Shown here one piece after another: positions 42,885 to 52,482 of a stretch of DNA of 64,000 bases. The DNA is from an uncultured Gemmatimonadales bacterium (GTDB taxonomy: Bacteria; Gemmatimonadota; Gemmatimonadetes; Longimicrobiales; RSA9). The stretch covers positions 192,001 to 256,000 of the forward strand of contig CAWCRS010000007.1 in assembly GCA_963798085.1 (NCBI GenBank), read 5' to 3'. Positions within the stretch are counted from its first letter, which is position 1, and the number at the start of each line of letters is the position of its first letter. A program made the position numbers and the translations under genes. The notes beneath the pieces were generated by a model, which was not told the DNA's origin, searched no databases, and saw nothing but the letters and a program-made list of their open reading frames with translations.

Positions 42885-44168
42885 ATGAGCGACGGCGGGC
42901 GGCGGCATGGGCGGATCACGGCGGCGGCGCAGCTCGGCATCACGGCGGCCGCGGTAGCCGCGTCCATCACCGCCGGTCACGCGCTGCTTCTCTATACAGG
43001 CGGTGGTTTCCTGCGCGCCGCCGGCTTCATCATCGCGCTCACGCTGGGCTCAATGGCGGCGGGCCTCTGGGCCGGCGTGGGCGCACGAGGCTTCGCGGCG
43101 ACACGTGCCCGCTGGGTCATCGCCGTTGCGACACTCATCATTGCGGGTTTCTTCGCAACCGCATGGCTGTCGAGCATACCGCTGCGTGATTCCGGTTATG
43201 GTCGCGCACTGGCCGTGCTGCTGCTGCTCGCGATGCCCGCATACACCGCGGGCTCGTTGTTCATGGGTCTCGCGGAAGCCGGACCGGGCGGCGCAACCGC
43301 CGCGCTCGCCGGCGCCGCCATCGGTGTGCTCGCTGCAGCCGCACTGCTCATTCCCCGCTACAATGCGCCGGCGCTCTATCTCGGCGCGGCCGCGGCTGTG
43401 GTGCTGGCGCGCGCACTGCGGCCCTGGGGCGCGCTGCCGGGAAACGGGAGGAACGACATGAATGGCAGAGTGGCTCTCATCACTGGTGTGGGCGCGCGGG
43501 GTCAGGCCGGCTTCGCCATTGCCGAGCGCTTCCTGCGGGCGGGCGCACACGTCATCGTCACCGGACGCGGCGCGCCGGTGGAAGACATCGCCCGCGAACT
43601 GTCCGCACACGGCGATGCGGTCGCGGTGATGGCGGATCTGCTTGCAGGCGACGACGTGGACCGCCTGCTCGCCGTCGTCCAGCAGCGCTTCGGGCGCCTC
43701 GATGTCCTGGTGAACGTCGCCGGCGGGCTCTCCCTCATCAAGCCACTCGCCGATACGTCGCCCGAGGAATGGCGGCGCGAGATCGAGCGCAACGCGGAAA
43801 CCGCGCTGCGCGTGAGTAACGCCGCGTTACCCATGCTGCGCGCGGCCCACGGCGCCATTGTCAATTTTGCCGCGCCCGCCGGCCTGCGCGCCGTGAAGAG
43901 CCTGGGCGCCTACAGCGCGGCCAAGGCGGCCGTCGTCGCGCTCACTCGCGCCATGGCGCTCGAGGAGAAGAGTCACGGCGTGCGCGTGAACGCGCTGGCG
44001 CCCGGCCTCATCGATACCGGGCAGAACCGCCAGAACGCAAGCGACCCCGACGATGCGAAATTCGTGACCCGCGAGCAGATTGCCGACGCGGTGCTGTTCC
44101 TGGCCAGTGATGCGGCTGCCGGCATATCGGGCGAGACCGTGCACGTTCTGGGCGAGGGACTGCGGTGA
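42885..44168 (+). CDS. Membrane domain fused to an SDR oxidoreductase (SDR begins at 43458)
   Basis: About 190 hydrophobic residues, then ALITGVGARG, NVAG, YSAAK, VNALAPG. Confidence 0.82.
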   Translation: MSDGGRRHGRITAAAQLGITAAAVAASITAGHALLLYTGGGFLRAAGFIIALTLGSMAAGLWAGVGARGFAATRARWVIAVATLIIAGFFATAWLSSIPLRDSGYGRALAVLLLLAMPAYTAGSLFMGLAEAGPGGATAALAGAAIGVLAAAALLIPRYNAPALYLGAAAAVVLARALRPWGALPGNGRNDMNGRVALITGVGARGQAGFAIAERFLRAGAHVIVTGRGAPVEDIARELSAHGDAVAVMADLLAGDDVDRLLAVVQQRFGRLDVLVNVAGGLSLIKPLADTSPEEWRREIERNAETALRVSNAALPMLRAAHGAIVNFAAPAGLRAVKSLGAYSAAKAAVVALTRAMALEEKSHGVRVNALAPGLIDTGQNRQNASDPDDAKFVTREQIADAVLFLASDAAAGISGETVHVLGEGLR

Positions 44169-45391
44169 TCCTGGCGCACCTGGCGGACCTGCACCTGGGC
44201 TATCGCGCCTACCACCGCCTGGTTCCCGGCTCCGATGAGGACGCATCGCCCCGCCACAATGCGCGCGAACGCGATGTCTCCCTCGCCTTCCGCGCCGCGC
44301 TCGAGCGCATCATCGAGATGCGCGTCGACCTCGTCCTGGTAGCGGGCGACATCTTCCACACGGTCCGGCCCTCCAACGCCGCCATTGCCGACGCCTTCCG
44401 CCAGTTCGCCCGGCTGCACGCCGCATTGCCGGAAACGCCCATCGTCATCATCGCCGGCAATCACGACTCGCCGCGCGCCCTGGAGACCGGCAGCATCCTG
44501 ACGCTCCTGCAGGAGATCCCCAACGTCACCGTGGTCGATCGCGAGGCGCGTGTCCTCGAGTTCCCCCGCCTCAATGCCGCCGTCATGTGCCTGCCGCACA
44601 ACGTGCTCGCGGGTGGCGCGCTGGGCGAGCTGCAGCCCACCACCGAAGCGGGCACGCAGATCCTCATGATGCACGCCACCGTGCGCGGCGAGGAAGTGGA
44701 TCGCATGCTGGGCTACGTCAGCGAGTTCGGCGGCGCGCAGATCGACATCAGCGACATCCGCGTCGAGCGCTGGGATTACGTGGCGCTCGGCCATTACCAC
44801 ATCGCCACACAGCTGGCGCCTAACATGTGGTATGCGGGCGCCATCGAGAGGACCTCCACCAACATCTGGATCGAGACGGCGCCCAAGGGCTTCGTCACCT
44901 GGGACACGCAACGCGGCAGCGCCACGTTCCATCCGCTCGCCACGCGGCCCATTGTCGAGCTGTCACGCTTCTCCGCGTGGGACGCCGCCCACGCGCGCTT
45001 TCTGGAACCTGCGGATGTGGTCGCGCGCATCCGTGAGCGCATCGAACGCGTGAGCGGCGGCATTGAGGGCCGCATCGTGCGCCTCATCATCGATGACGTG
45101 CCGCGCGACCTGTTCCGCGAGCTGGATCACCGCAGGCTGCGCGAGTATCGCGCGCGCGCGCTGCACTTCCACCTCGACGTGCGCCGGCCCGCGCGCCGGC
45201 CCGCCACGTCCGATGGCCGCGGCCACACGCCCCGTCCGCTCGACGAGGAGGCCGCCGACTTCCTGAATCGCGTGTGGCAGCCCTCGTCCGGCGACATTGA
45301 TCGCGAACGCCTGCTCGAGCTGGCGCAGCAGTACCTGGCCGCCGCCGGCAATGACCCGGACGAGCCCCTGCTCGAACCGTCCGCTCCGTAG
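44165..45391 (+). CDS. sbcD: SbcD/Mre11 nuclease
   Basis: DLHLG, AGDIFH, GNHD, ALGHYH. Confidence 0.92.
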   Translation: MILAHLADLHLGYRAYHRLVPGSDEDASPRHNARERDVSLAFRAALERIIEMRVDLVLVAGDIFHTVRPSNAAIADAFRQFARLHAALPETPIVIIAGNHDSPRALETGSILTLLQEIPNVTVVDREARVLEFPRLNAAVMCLPHNVLAGGALGELQPTTEAGTQILMMHATVRGEEVDRMLGYVSEFGGAQIDISDIRVERWDYVALGHYHIATQLAPNMWYAGAIERTSTNIWIETAPKGFVTWDTQRGSATFHPLATRPIVELSRFSAWDAAHARFLEPADVVARIRERIERVSGGIEGRIVRLIIDDVPRDLFRELDHRRLREYRARALHFHLDVRRPARRPATSDGRGHTPRPLDEEAADFLNRVWQPSSGDIDRERLLELAQQYLAAAGNDPDEPLLEPSAP

Positions 45392-45398
45392 CCCGTCC

Positions 45399-47831
45399 AT
45401 GCGCCTCGCCCGGCTGCACCTCACGAATTTCCGCCAGCATGCGGACACGGAGATTCTCTTCCGCGCCGGGCTCACGGGCATCATCGGCCCCAACGGTTCG
45501 GGCAAGAGCACGATTCTCGAGGCCATCGCCTGGGCACTGTATGGCTCCGCGGCCGCGCGCGGCACCAATGAGACGCTGCGTTTCACGCAGGCGCCGAAGC
45601 GCGCGCGCGTCGAAGTCGAGCTGGTGTTCGAGCTGGGCGGCCACGAGTACCGCGTGGTGCGCACGCTGCATGATGCCGAGGTGTTCATCGATGGCAGCAG
45701 TGGTCCGTCGGCCACCGGTCTGGGTGGAACGACAGCCTATCTGCAGTCCCGCCTGGGGATGAACCGTGAGGAGTTCTTCAACACCTACTTCACGGGACAG
45801 AAGGAGCTGCAGTTCCTGGCCAACATGGGAGCCACGCAGCGCGCGCGCTTCCTCAATCGTCTGTTAGGGTACGAGCGGCTGCGCGTGGCGCAGGATCGCG
45901 TACGCGAGCGGCGCACGCAGCTGCGTCACGAGCTGGAAGGATTGCGCACCGGCCAGACCGACCCGGTCGCGCTGGAGAAGTCGATCGCGGTGGCGGACCA
46001 GCGTCTGGAAGTGGCCAGCGAAGAACTGGAAGCGGCCGAGCGCGAGCGCATGGCGGCCTCCGCCGTGGTCGTCGAAATGAACCCGCGCTGGAGTGAGGCG
46101 CAGAAACGGCGTGATCGCGCACGCGAGAACGCGCACGCGCTGGCCTCTGCGCAGAAGGACCTCGGAATGGCCGGGCGGGACAACGAGCGCGCGCAGAAGG
46201 AGCTTGCCGTCATTGCCGAGGCTGCGGCCACGCTCGAGATGCTGGGGCCCGAGCTGGCCGAACTGCCCGCGCTGCTGGCCCGCCACGAGCAGCTGGCCAC
46301 GCAGCGGCTCGCCGCCCAGCGCCGGCAGCTGCTGGTGCAGAATGAGAAGACCCTGCTGGAAGAGCTGGCCGGAGCCTCCCAGCGCATGGCGCAGGTCGAG
46401 CAGGCGCCCGCGCTGCTGCGCGCGCTCGAAGACGAGCTTTCCGGCACGCGCGCCGCATTCGAGGCCGCGGAATCGGAAACCGCCGAACAGCAGGCCGCGT
46501 GGTCCGCCACGCGCCAGGAGGTGGCTACCCGTCTCGCCTCCTACCGCGACCGCGCGCGCGAGCTGCAGGACAAGGTGCGTGAGCTGAGGAAGGCCGGGCC
46601 GGATGGCAAGTGTCCCACGTGCGAGCGGCCGCTGCGCAAGGAGTTCGAGCACGTCGTGGGCCGCCTCGAAGACGAGTACTACGCGCTCGTGCAGGATGGC
46701 AAATGGCTGAGCCAGCGGGAAAGGCAGCTGGCGCAGAAACCCGCTGAGCTGAGCAGCGCCGAACAGCGCCGCGACGAATTGCGCGCCACGGTCGAGGACA
46801 AGGCGCAGCAGCTGGCGCGCTGCGAGCAGGCCGTGCAGGAACTGTGGACCCTGGCCAACGAACGGAAACGCAGGGACCAGCGCCTGCGCGATCTGCGCAG
46901 GGACCTGAACGCGCTCCCGCCCGACACGGATGAGGCGGTCTACGAGGCGCTGGAGCAGCGCCTCGAGCAGCTGCGCGCCCTGGAGCGGCAGGCCGCTGCG
47001 CTGCAGGCCATACTCCAGGCGGAGCCGGAACGACGGCAGCAGCAGCAGGAGGCGGGCAAACTCACTGTTAGTGCAAAACGCCGCATCGGCAGGCTGCAGC
47101 GCGAGGCCGGCAGCATCGACTGGAGCGAGGCCGGCTACGAGAGCATCCGCGCCGAGCACGACCAGGCCAACCAGGCGCTGCGCCGCGCTGAGCTGCACGC
47201 GGTCGAGATGTCCGGGCGCGTGCAGACTGCGGAAGAGGCACGGCGGGCCGCGCTGCGCGAGCTGAAGGCCCACCAGAAGCGCGAGGCACAGGCGAGGCGC
47301 CTCGAGGTCGAGCAGCGCCACCACAATGAGCTGGATGCCGCACTGTCACAGCTGCGCCAGGACCTGAACGCCCGCGTCCGCCCCGAGCTGTCCGAGCTGG
47401 CCAGCGCCTTCCTCACGGAAATCACCGATGGCCGCTACACCGCCATCGAGATCGATGACGACTACAACGTGCTGGTGCTCGATGAGGGCGAGCAGAAACC
47501 CGTGATCAGCGGCGGTGAGGAGGACATCGCCAACCTCGTGCTGCGCCTCGCCATCAGTCAGATGATCGCGGAGCGCGCCGGCCAGCAGCTCTCCATCCTC
47601 ATTCTCGACGAAGTATTCGGTTCCCTCGACATCGAGCACCGCGACAATGTCGTGCAGCTGCTGCACCAGCTCGAGGGCCGTTTCGAGCAGGTCATCCTGA
47701 TCACACACATCGAGGGTATCCGGGAAGGGCTGGACAACGTGCTGCGCGTGGAGTACGACGAGCGCACAGGCGCCAGCCGCGTCAGCGAGGAGTCCGCGTC
47801 GGGCTCACTCTGGACTCCGCTGCTCGTGTGA
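45399..47831 (+). CDS. sbcC: SbcC/Rad50 SMC-like ATPase
   Basis: GPNGSGKS, coiled coil with CPTC zinc hook, SGGE, LDEVFGSLD, ITH. Confidence 0.92.
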   Translation: MRLARLHLTNFRQHADTEILFRAGLTGIIGPNGSGKSTILEAIAWALYGSAAARGTNETLRFTQAPKRARVEVELVFELGGHEYRVVRTLHDAEVFIDGSSGPSATGLGGTTAYLQSRLGMNREEFFNTYFTGQKELQFLANMGATQRARFLNRLLGYERLRVAQDRVRERRTQLRHELEGLRTGQTDPVALEKSIAVADQRLEVASEELEAAERERMAASAVVVEMNPRWSEAQKRRDRARENAHALASAQKDLGMAGRDNERAQKELAVIAEAAATLEMLGPELAELPALLARHEQLATQRLAAQRRQLLVQNEKTLLEELAGASQRMAQVEQAPALLRALEDELSGTRAAFEAAESETAEQQAAWSATRQEVATRLASYRDRARELQDKVRELRKAGPDGKCPTCERPLRKEFEHVVGRLEDEYYALVQDGKWLSQRERQLAQKPAELSSAEQRRDELRATVEDKAQQLARCEQAVQELWTLANERKRRDQRLRDLRRDLNALPPDTDEAVYEALEQRLEQLRALERQAAALQAILQAEPERRQQQQEAGKLTVSAKRRIGRLQREAGSIDWSEAGYESIRAEHDQANQALRRAELHAVEMSGRVQTAEEARRAALRELKAHQKREAQARRLEVEQRHHNELDAALSQLRQDLNARVRPELSELASAFLTEITDGRYTAIEIDDDYNVLVLDEGEQKPVISGGEEDIANLVLRLAISQMIAERAGQQLSILILDEVFGSLDIEHRDNVVQLLHQLEGRFEQVILITHIEGIREGLDNVLRVEYDERTGASRVSEESASGSLWTPLLV

Positions 47832-47866
47832 CCCGCCGGTAGCCGCTGCTCCGGCAGGCGGGTACC

Positions 47867-50320
47867 CTAGCGGTTTGCCTGGTCGCGCGCGGTGCCCAGC
47901 GTCACGAACGCATCGAAGCGTTTGGACAGACGATCCGCCGTACTGTCGTTGCCCATCGTGCGATACGCTTCCGCCAGACCGTAGTACGTGTACGCGTAGT
48001 AGAGTGGAATGCCTTCCGTCGCCGAATCCACCCAGTGCGTCCACTTGTCCGGGAACCCGCCCTGATACTGGAAGACGTGCTCGATCAGTTCGTCCGTGCG
48101 CGGCACATCCAGGTACGGGCCGATCAGCATCGCCACCCGCGAGTCCTGCGGCTGACGAATGCCGTTCGTCGAATCCGGCTTCACCGGCCCGTCGTTCAGC
48201 TTGAAAGCCACGCCCTGGCGGATCAGGTAGGGACGCAGGCGCAGCTCATCGTACGCCTGCGTGGTCATGGCGAAATACACGGGGCGGTCATCGATCGACT
48301 GCTTGATCATCCCCGCCATGAACAGGTCCGACGGGATGATCACGTCGTTCTGCGGCAGCGTCGTCTGGATGTTGCCGGCCGAGAATACCCTCGCCTCGGA
48401 CAGCGCGTAGGGCATGGTTCCCGCCGTCGAGTCGATCTCCTGATCCGACAGCGATACAATGGATCGCGTGGGCACGTGCGTGCCCGGCGGCAGCGCCTGT
48501 GTCGGATGGCCCGGCGAATCCGTGGGCGCCAGCAGGTGCGCGTACATCGGTGGCCCCTTGGAGGCCTCGTACGGGCGCTGGCACACGATGCGCGTCGGAT
48601 CCGCCAGCGGGTCCACACCGGGCGGGCAGGGCGCTGTGAGCTGCTTGATCTGCTTCACGTACCACGGCGTGTTCAGGTAGCTCATCACCATGACGGTGAC
48701 GTCACGCCGGATGCCTTCCACTTCCTGCAGGTACCAGAGCGGGAACGTGTCGTTGTCGCCGTTGGTGAACACGATGCCGTACGGCTCGATGCTCATCAGC
48801 AGATTGTACGCCCAGTCTCTCGCCGTGTAATCGTGATGGCGGCTGGCCCAGCTCCAGTTGAACAGCAGCGGCAGGAACGCAATACCCAGCAGCGGCGCCG
48901 CGGCCAGCCGCGAACGCGCCGCGCCCCGCTGCGCCAGGTACTCGGTCAGCTGCTGCCAGAGCACGGTGAGACCGATGCCGGACCAGAGACCCCATAACGA
49001 GAAGCTGACCATGAAGAAGTAGTCGCGCTCGCGCACCTCCGTCATGTCGCGCGGGTTGCCGATGAGCGCCACCAGGTCCCGCTTCATGAGCGCGTCCGGC
49101 AGCGTATAGCCGTACTTGAAGTTCAGGTAGAAGACCAGACCGAGCGACAGCGTGCCGTAGAGCAATGCGATGTAGAGGAAGCTGCGCCGGTCGCGTTGCC
49201 AGTGCGCCCAGGCGCCCACCAGACCGAGGAACGAGAACAGCAGAGTCAGCAGCGGCCGGAAGCCACCGAACCAGCTGAGATTGCCCGCCACCGAACGCGC
49301 CCACTGCCAGTCGAAGTATTCCGCGTAGTTCAGCACCTGACGTGAGAACAGGTGCGCGTCACGCGGCATGTCCTGGTTGGGGAACACGATCGGATTGACC
49401 ATAACAGAGGGTTTGTCGTACTGCCGCCGCTCCAGCGACTCCGACAGCGCCGTACAGCCGGCGCGACCCATGGTGACGATACTCTCCACCGCGCTGCCCA
49501 GCGTGGCGCACGTCGGGTCCGCCTCGTCGATCACCGGCTTGAGACCGGCCCGCAGCGGCAGGAAAAGATGGATGGAGAGACCCAGCACGCCCGCCACGAT
49601 CGACGTGGCGTAGAGCCGCCAGTTGATCAGCGTACGCGGATGGACCAGCAGTATGTAGACGACCAGTGCGGGCGCCGCCAGGAACGCCATCAGGTGGTTG
49701 CCCACTGAAAGCGCCAGGATGAACACCATCAGCAGCAGCAGGTTGTCGTCCTTGCCCTCGCCGATGTGATCGCGCCAGCGGAAAGCCAGCCACGAGAGCA
49801 GCGCGATGGTGCACAGGCTGACCGTGTAGACCTTCTCGTTGACGTTGGACTGGTTCCACACCGTGAAGGCGGTGGCGCTGAGCAGCACGGCCGCCCCCGC
49901 GCCTACCAGTCGCACCGCGCGGTTCTCGGAGAAGTACGCCATGACGCGGTGCGCCACGAGGAACCAGCAGCCGTGCGCCAGCGCTCCCATCAATGCGCTG
50001 AACAGATTGATGCGCACGGCCACCGACAGACCGAACGGGCTGAGCAGGATGTCCCACGTGCGCGCCAGCACTACGAACAGGGGGTTGCCCGGCGGATGCG
50101 GGATGCCCAGCATGTGCGCGGTGGCGATGTATTCGCTGGTGTCCCAGAATTGCGTGGTAGGCGCCAGCGTCGCCGCGTAGAGCAGGAAGACACCGAACGC
50201 CGCGAGGCCCGCCGCCAGGTAGGGCGGCCGGTACGTCTCCGGCGGCTTGATGTCTGTCGACGGGGGCCGCTCGCCACGCGCGCCGGGGCGCGGTGTCTTG
50301 CTGATCGTCTGCGTACCCAT
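47867..50320 (-). CDS. DUF2723 (TMEM260-like) membrane glycosyltransferase
   Basis: FWDTSEYI, GIPHPPGNP, RERDYFF, FTNGDNDTFPLWYLQEVEGIRRDV. Confidence 0.88.
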   Translation of the reverse strand: MGTQTISKTPRPGARGERPPSTDIKPPETYRPPYLAAGLAAFGVFLLYAATLAPTTQFWDTSEYIATAHMLGIPHPPGNPLFVVLARTWDILLSPFGLSVAVRINLFSALMGALAHGCWFLVAHRVMAYFSENRAVRLVGAGAAVLLSATAFTVWNQSNVNEKVYTVSLCTIALLSWLAFRWRDHIGEGKDDNLLLLMVFILALSVGNHLMAFLAAPALVVYILLVHPRTLINWRLYATSIVAGVLGLSIHLFLPLRAGLKPVIDEADPTCATLGSAVESIVTMGRAGCTALSESLERRQYDKPSVMVNPIVFPNQDMPRDAHLFSRQVLNYAEYFDWQWARSVAGNLSWFGGFRPLLTLLFSFLGLVGAWAHWQRDRRSFLYIALLYGTLSLGLVFYLNFKYGYTLPDALMKRDLVALIGNPRDMTEVRERDYFFMVSFSLWGLWSGIGLTVLWQQLTEYLAQRGAARSRLAAAPLLGIAFLPLLFNWSWASRHHDYTARDWAYNLLMSIEPYGIVFTNGDNDTFPLWYLQEVEGIRRDVTVMVMSYLNTPWYVKQIKQLTAPCPPGVDPLADPTRIVCQRPYEASKGPPMYAHLLAPTDSPGHPTQALPPGTHVPTRSIVSLSDQEIDSTAGTMPYALSEARVFSAGNIQTTLPQNDVIIPSDLFMAGMIKQSIDDRPVYFAMTTQAYDELRLRPYLIRQGVAFKLNDGPVKPDSTNGIRQPQDSRVAMLIGPYLDVPRTDELIEHVFQYQGGFPDKWTHWVDSATEGIPLYYAYTYYGLAEAYRTMGNDSTADRLSKRFDAFVTLGTARDQANR

Positions 50321-50403
50321 GAATTCGATAACCTAACCTGTGACGCCGGTGAGGGGCAGGGGAACCGCCGGCCTCAGGGCTCTGGTCGCGTACAGACGCA
50401 TCG

Positions 50404-52482
50404 TCATTCCTTCTCGGCCAGTATGCTGCCGTCCTGCAGCACCCGGCCGCGCCAGCCAGCCGGCAGCCACAGCGTGGACGAATATTCGAGCACTACGCAC
50501 GGGCCCGCGAGCACGTGCCCGCACAACAGTGCCTCACGCAGGTAGTGCGGTACGATGAAGCGACACCCGCCCGCCGACACTTCCTCGCGCGCCGCCACCG
50601 GCGCTTCGTCGGACGCCGCTGCGCCCACGACCGGTGAGGCCACGCTGGCGCCCGGCGACAGTGCCTCCACTCGCAGCGTCACCGCTTCCACCACCGCGTC
50701 GGGCCGCTGATAGCCGTAGCGCGCATGGTGCGCCGTGTGGAACGCTTCCACCCAGCCGTCAGCCGGCACCGTCAGCTCGAAGCTCTGACCTCGGTAGCGC
50801 GCATCAACGAAGCGGTTTACTTCCAGCGACGACGCCGGGATCCCTTCGTCGCCCATGGCCGCCACCGCCGCGCCCGCCAGCTCCGCGAACGCCGACTCCA
50901 GCCTGGCCGCATCTTCCGCGCGCCAGAGCACCGTGCGCGAAACGTCCTTGCGCACCGGTGCCACCAGCATGCCCCACGCCGACAGCACACCCGGGTCGGG
51001 AGGTACGAGCAGCCGAGGTATCCCCAGGCGCTCGGCCAGCGCGGCCGCGTGCAACCCGGCCGCCCCGCCGAACGGCAGCAGCGTGAAATCCGCCGGATCG
51101 TAGCCCCGCTCCACGCTGATCACCCGCAGCGCCCGCTCCATTGCCGCGTTGGCAACCGCCAGCACGCCTTCGGCTGCACCATCCAGATCGGTCCCCAGTC
51201 CCGCCGCAAGCGCGGCCAGCGGCTGCTCCACCGCGGCGCGGTCCAGCCCGGCGGCTGCTGGCGAGCGCGCGCTGCCTGCCTCGTCCGCCAGCCGATGGCG
51301 CCAGCCGCTGACCGGCAAACGGCCCAGCCAGACATTCGCATCGGTCACGGTGACACGCGTGCCGCCCCGGCCATAGCAGATGGGGCCGGGCTCGGCCCCT
51401 GCGCTCTCGGGTCCCACGCGCAGCGCGCCGCCCGCATCCAGGCGCGCCAGCGAGCCACCGCCCGCACCCACCGTGTGAATGTCGAGGACCGGTACGGCCA
51501 CGGGCAGGCCGGCAATGGTGAACTCGCGCGTGTGCAGCGGCCGGCCCGGACACAGCGCGACATCCGTGGACGTACCGCCCATGTCGAATGAGAGGATGTG
51601 CTCGAGGCCGGCCCGGCGCGCCACCGCCAGCGCGCCCGTGACGCCGCCGGCAGGACCCGAAAGCACCGTGTGCACCGCCTCGCGGCGGGCGCGGCCGACC
51701 GGGATCGCGCCGCCGCCCGAGCCCATGATGCGGACCCGCGCGGCGCCCGAGTCGCTCTCGATGCGCCCGAGATAACGGTCCATTACAGGGGCCACGTAGG
51801 CATTGACCACCGTGGTCGCGGTACGCTCGTACTCGCGGAATTCCGGCAGCAGCTCGCTGGACACCGAGACGGGCACGCCCAGCGCGACGAGCGCCTCGGC
51901 CACGCGTCGTTCGTGCGCGGGGTTGGCGTAGCTGTGCAGCAGGCAGAGGGCCACGGCATCGCCCCGGATCCGGGCGGCCAGCGTCGCCAGTTCCCCGGCA
52001 TGCAGCGGCTCCAGCTCCTCGCCCGCCGGACCCAGCCGGCCCTGCACGCCGTAGCGCAAGTCGCGCGGTACCAGCGGCTCGGGACGCGAGCCCACCAGCG
52101 CATAGAGCTGCGGCCGGTTCTGCCGGCCGATCTCGATGATGTCCTCGAAACCCTGATTGGTGACCAGCGCCACGCGAGCGCCGCGCCGCTCCAACAGCGC
52201 GTTAGTGGCCACCGTGGAGCCGTGGATCAGCAGGAACGGTCGCGCGCCGTCCGGGTGGGCGCCCGCTTCGCTGCCGTCGCCGCCGACAGGCCTTTCCAGA
52301 CTCGACTGTGCCTGCGCGATGCCGCGCAGCACCGCGAGCGCGGGATCCGCCGGCGTCGACGGCACCTTCAGCACGATGCAGCGTCCATCATCCCACGCCA
52401 CCACGTCGGTGAACGTGCCGCCCGTGTCGATGGCGATGATGATTGACTTATCCCTTGCAGCAGGGGATCTTGCCGCGCCCAT
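50404..52482 (-). CDS. Hydantoinase/oxoprolinase A-subunit family protein (start uncertain)
   Basis: IDTGGTFTD, HGSTVATNALLER, SGPAGG, DMGGTSTD, GAGGGS, RYRGQSFEL. Confidence 0.9.
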   Translation of the reverse strand: MGAARSPAARDKSIIIAIDTGGTFTDVVAWDDGRCIVLKVPSTPADPALAVLRGIAQAQSSLERPVGGDGSEAGAHPDGARPFLLIHGSTVATNALLERRGARVALVTNQGFEDIIEIGRQNRPQLYALVGSRPEPLVPRDLRYGVQGRLGPAGEELEPLHAGELATLAARIRGDAVALCLLHSYANPAHERRVAEALVALGVPVSVSSELLPEFREYERTATTVVNAYVAPVMDRYLGRIESDSGAARVRIMGSGGGAIPVGRARREAVHTVLSGPAGGVTGALAVARRAGLEHILSFDMGGTSTDVALCPGRPLHTREFTIAGLPVAVPVLDIHTVGAGGGSLARLDAGGALRVGPESAGAEPGPICYGRGGTRVTVTDANVWLGRLPVSGWRHRLADEAGSARSPAAAGLDRAAVEQPLAALAAGLGTDLDGAAEGVLAVANAAMERALRVISVERGYDPADFTLLPFGGAAGLHAAALAERLGIPRLLVPPDPGVLSAWGMLVAPVRKDVSRTVLWRAEDAARLESAFAELAGAAVAAMGDEGIPASSLEVNRFVDARYRGQSFELTVPADGWVEAFHTAHHARYGYQRPDAVVEAVTLRVEALSPGASVASPVVGAAASDEAPVAAREEVSAGGCRFIVPHYLREALLCGHVLAGPCVVLEYSSTLWLPAGWRGRVLQDGSILAEKE

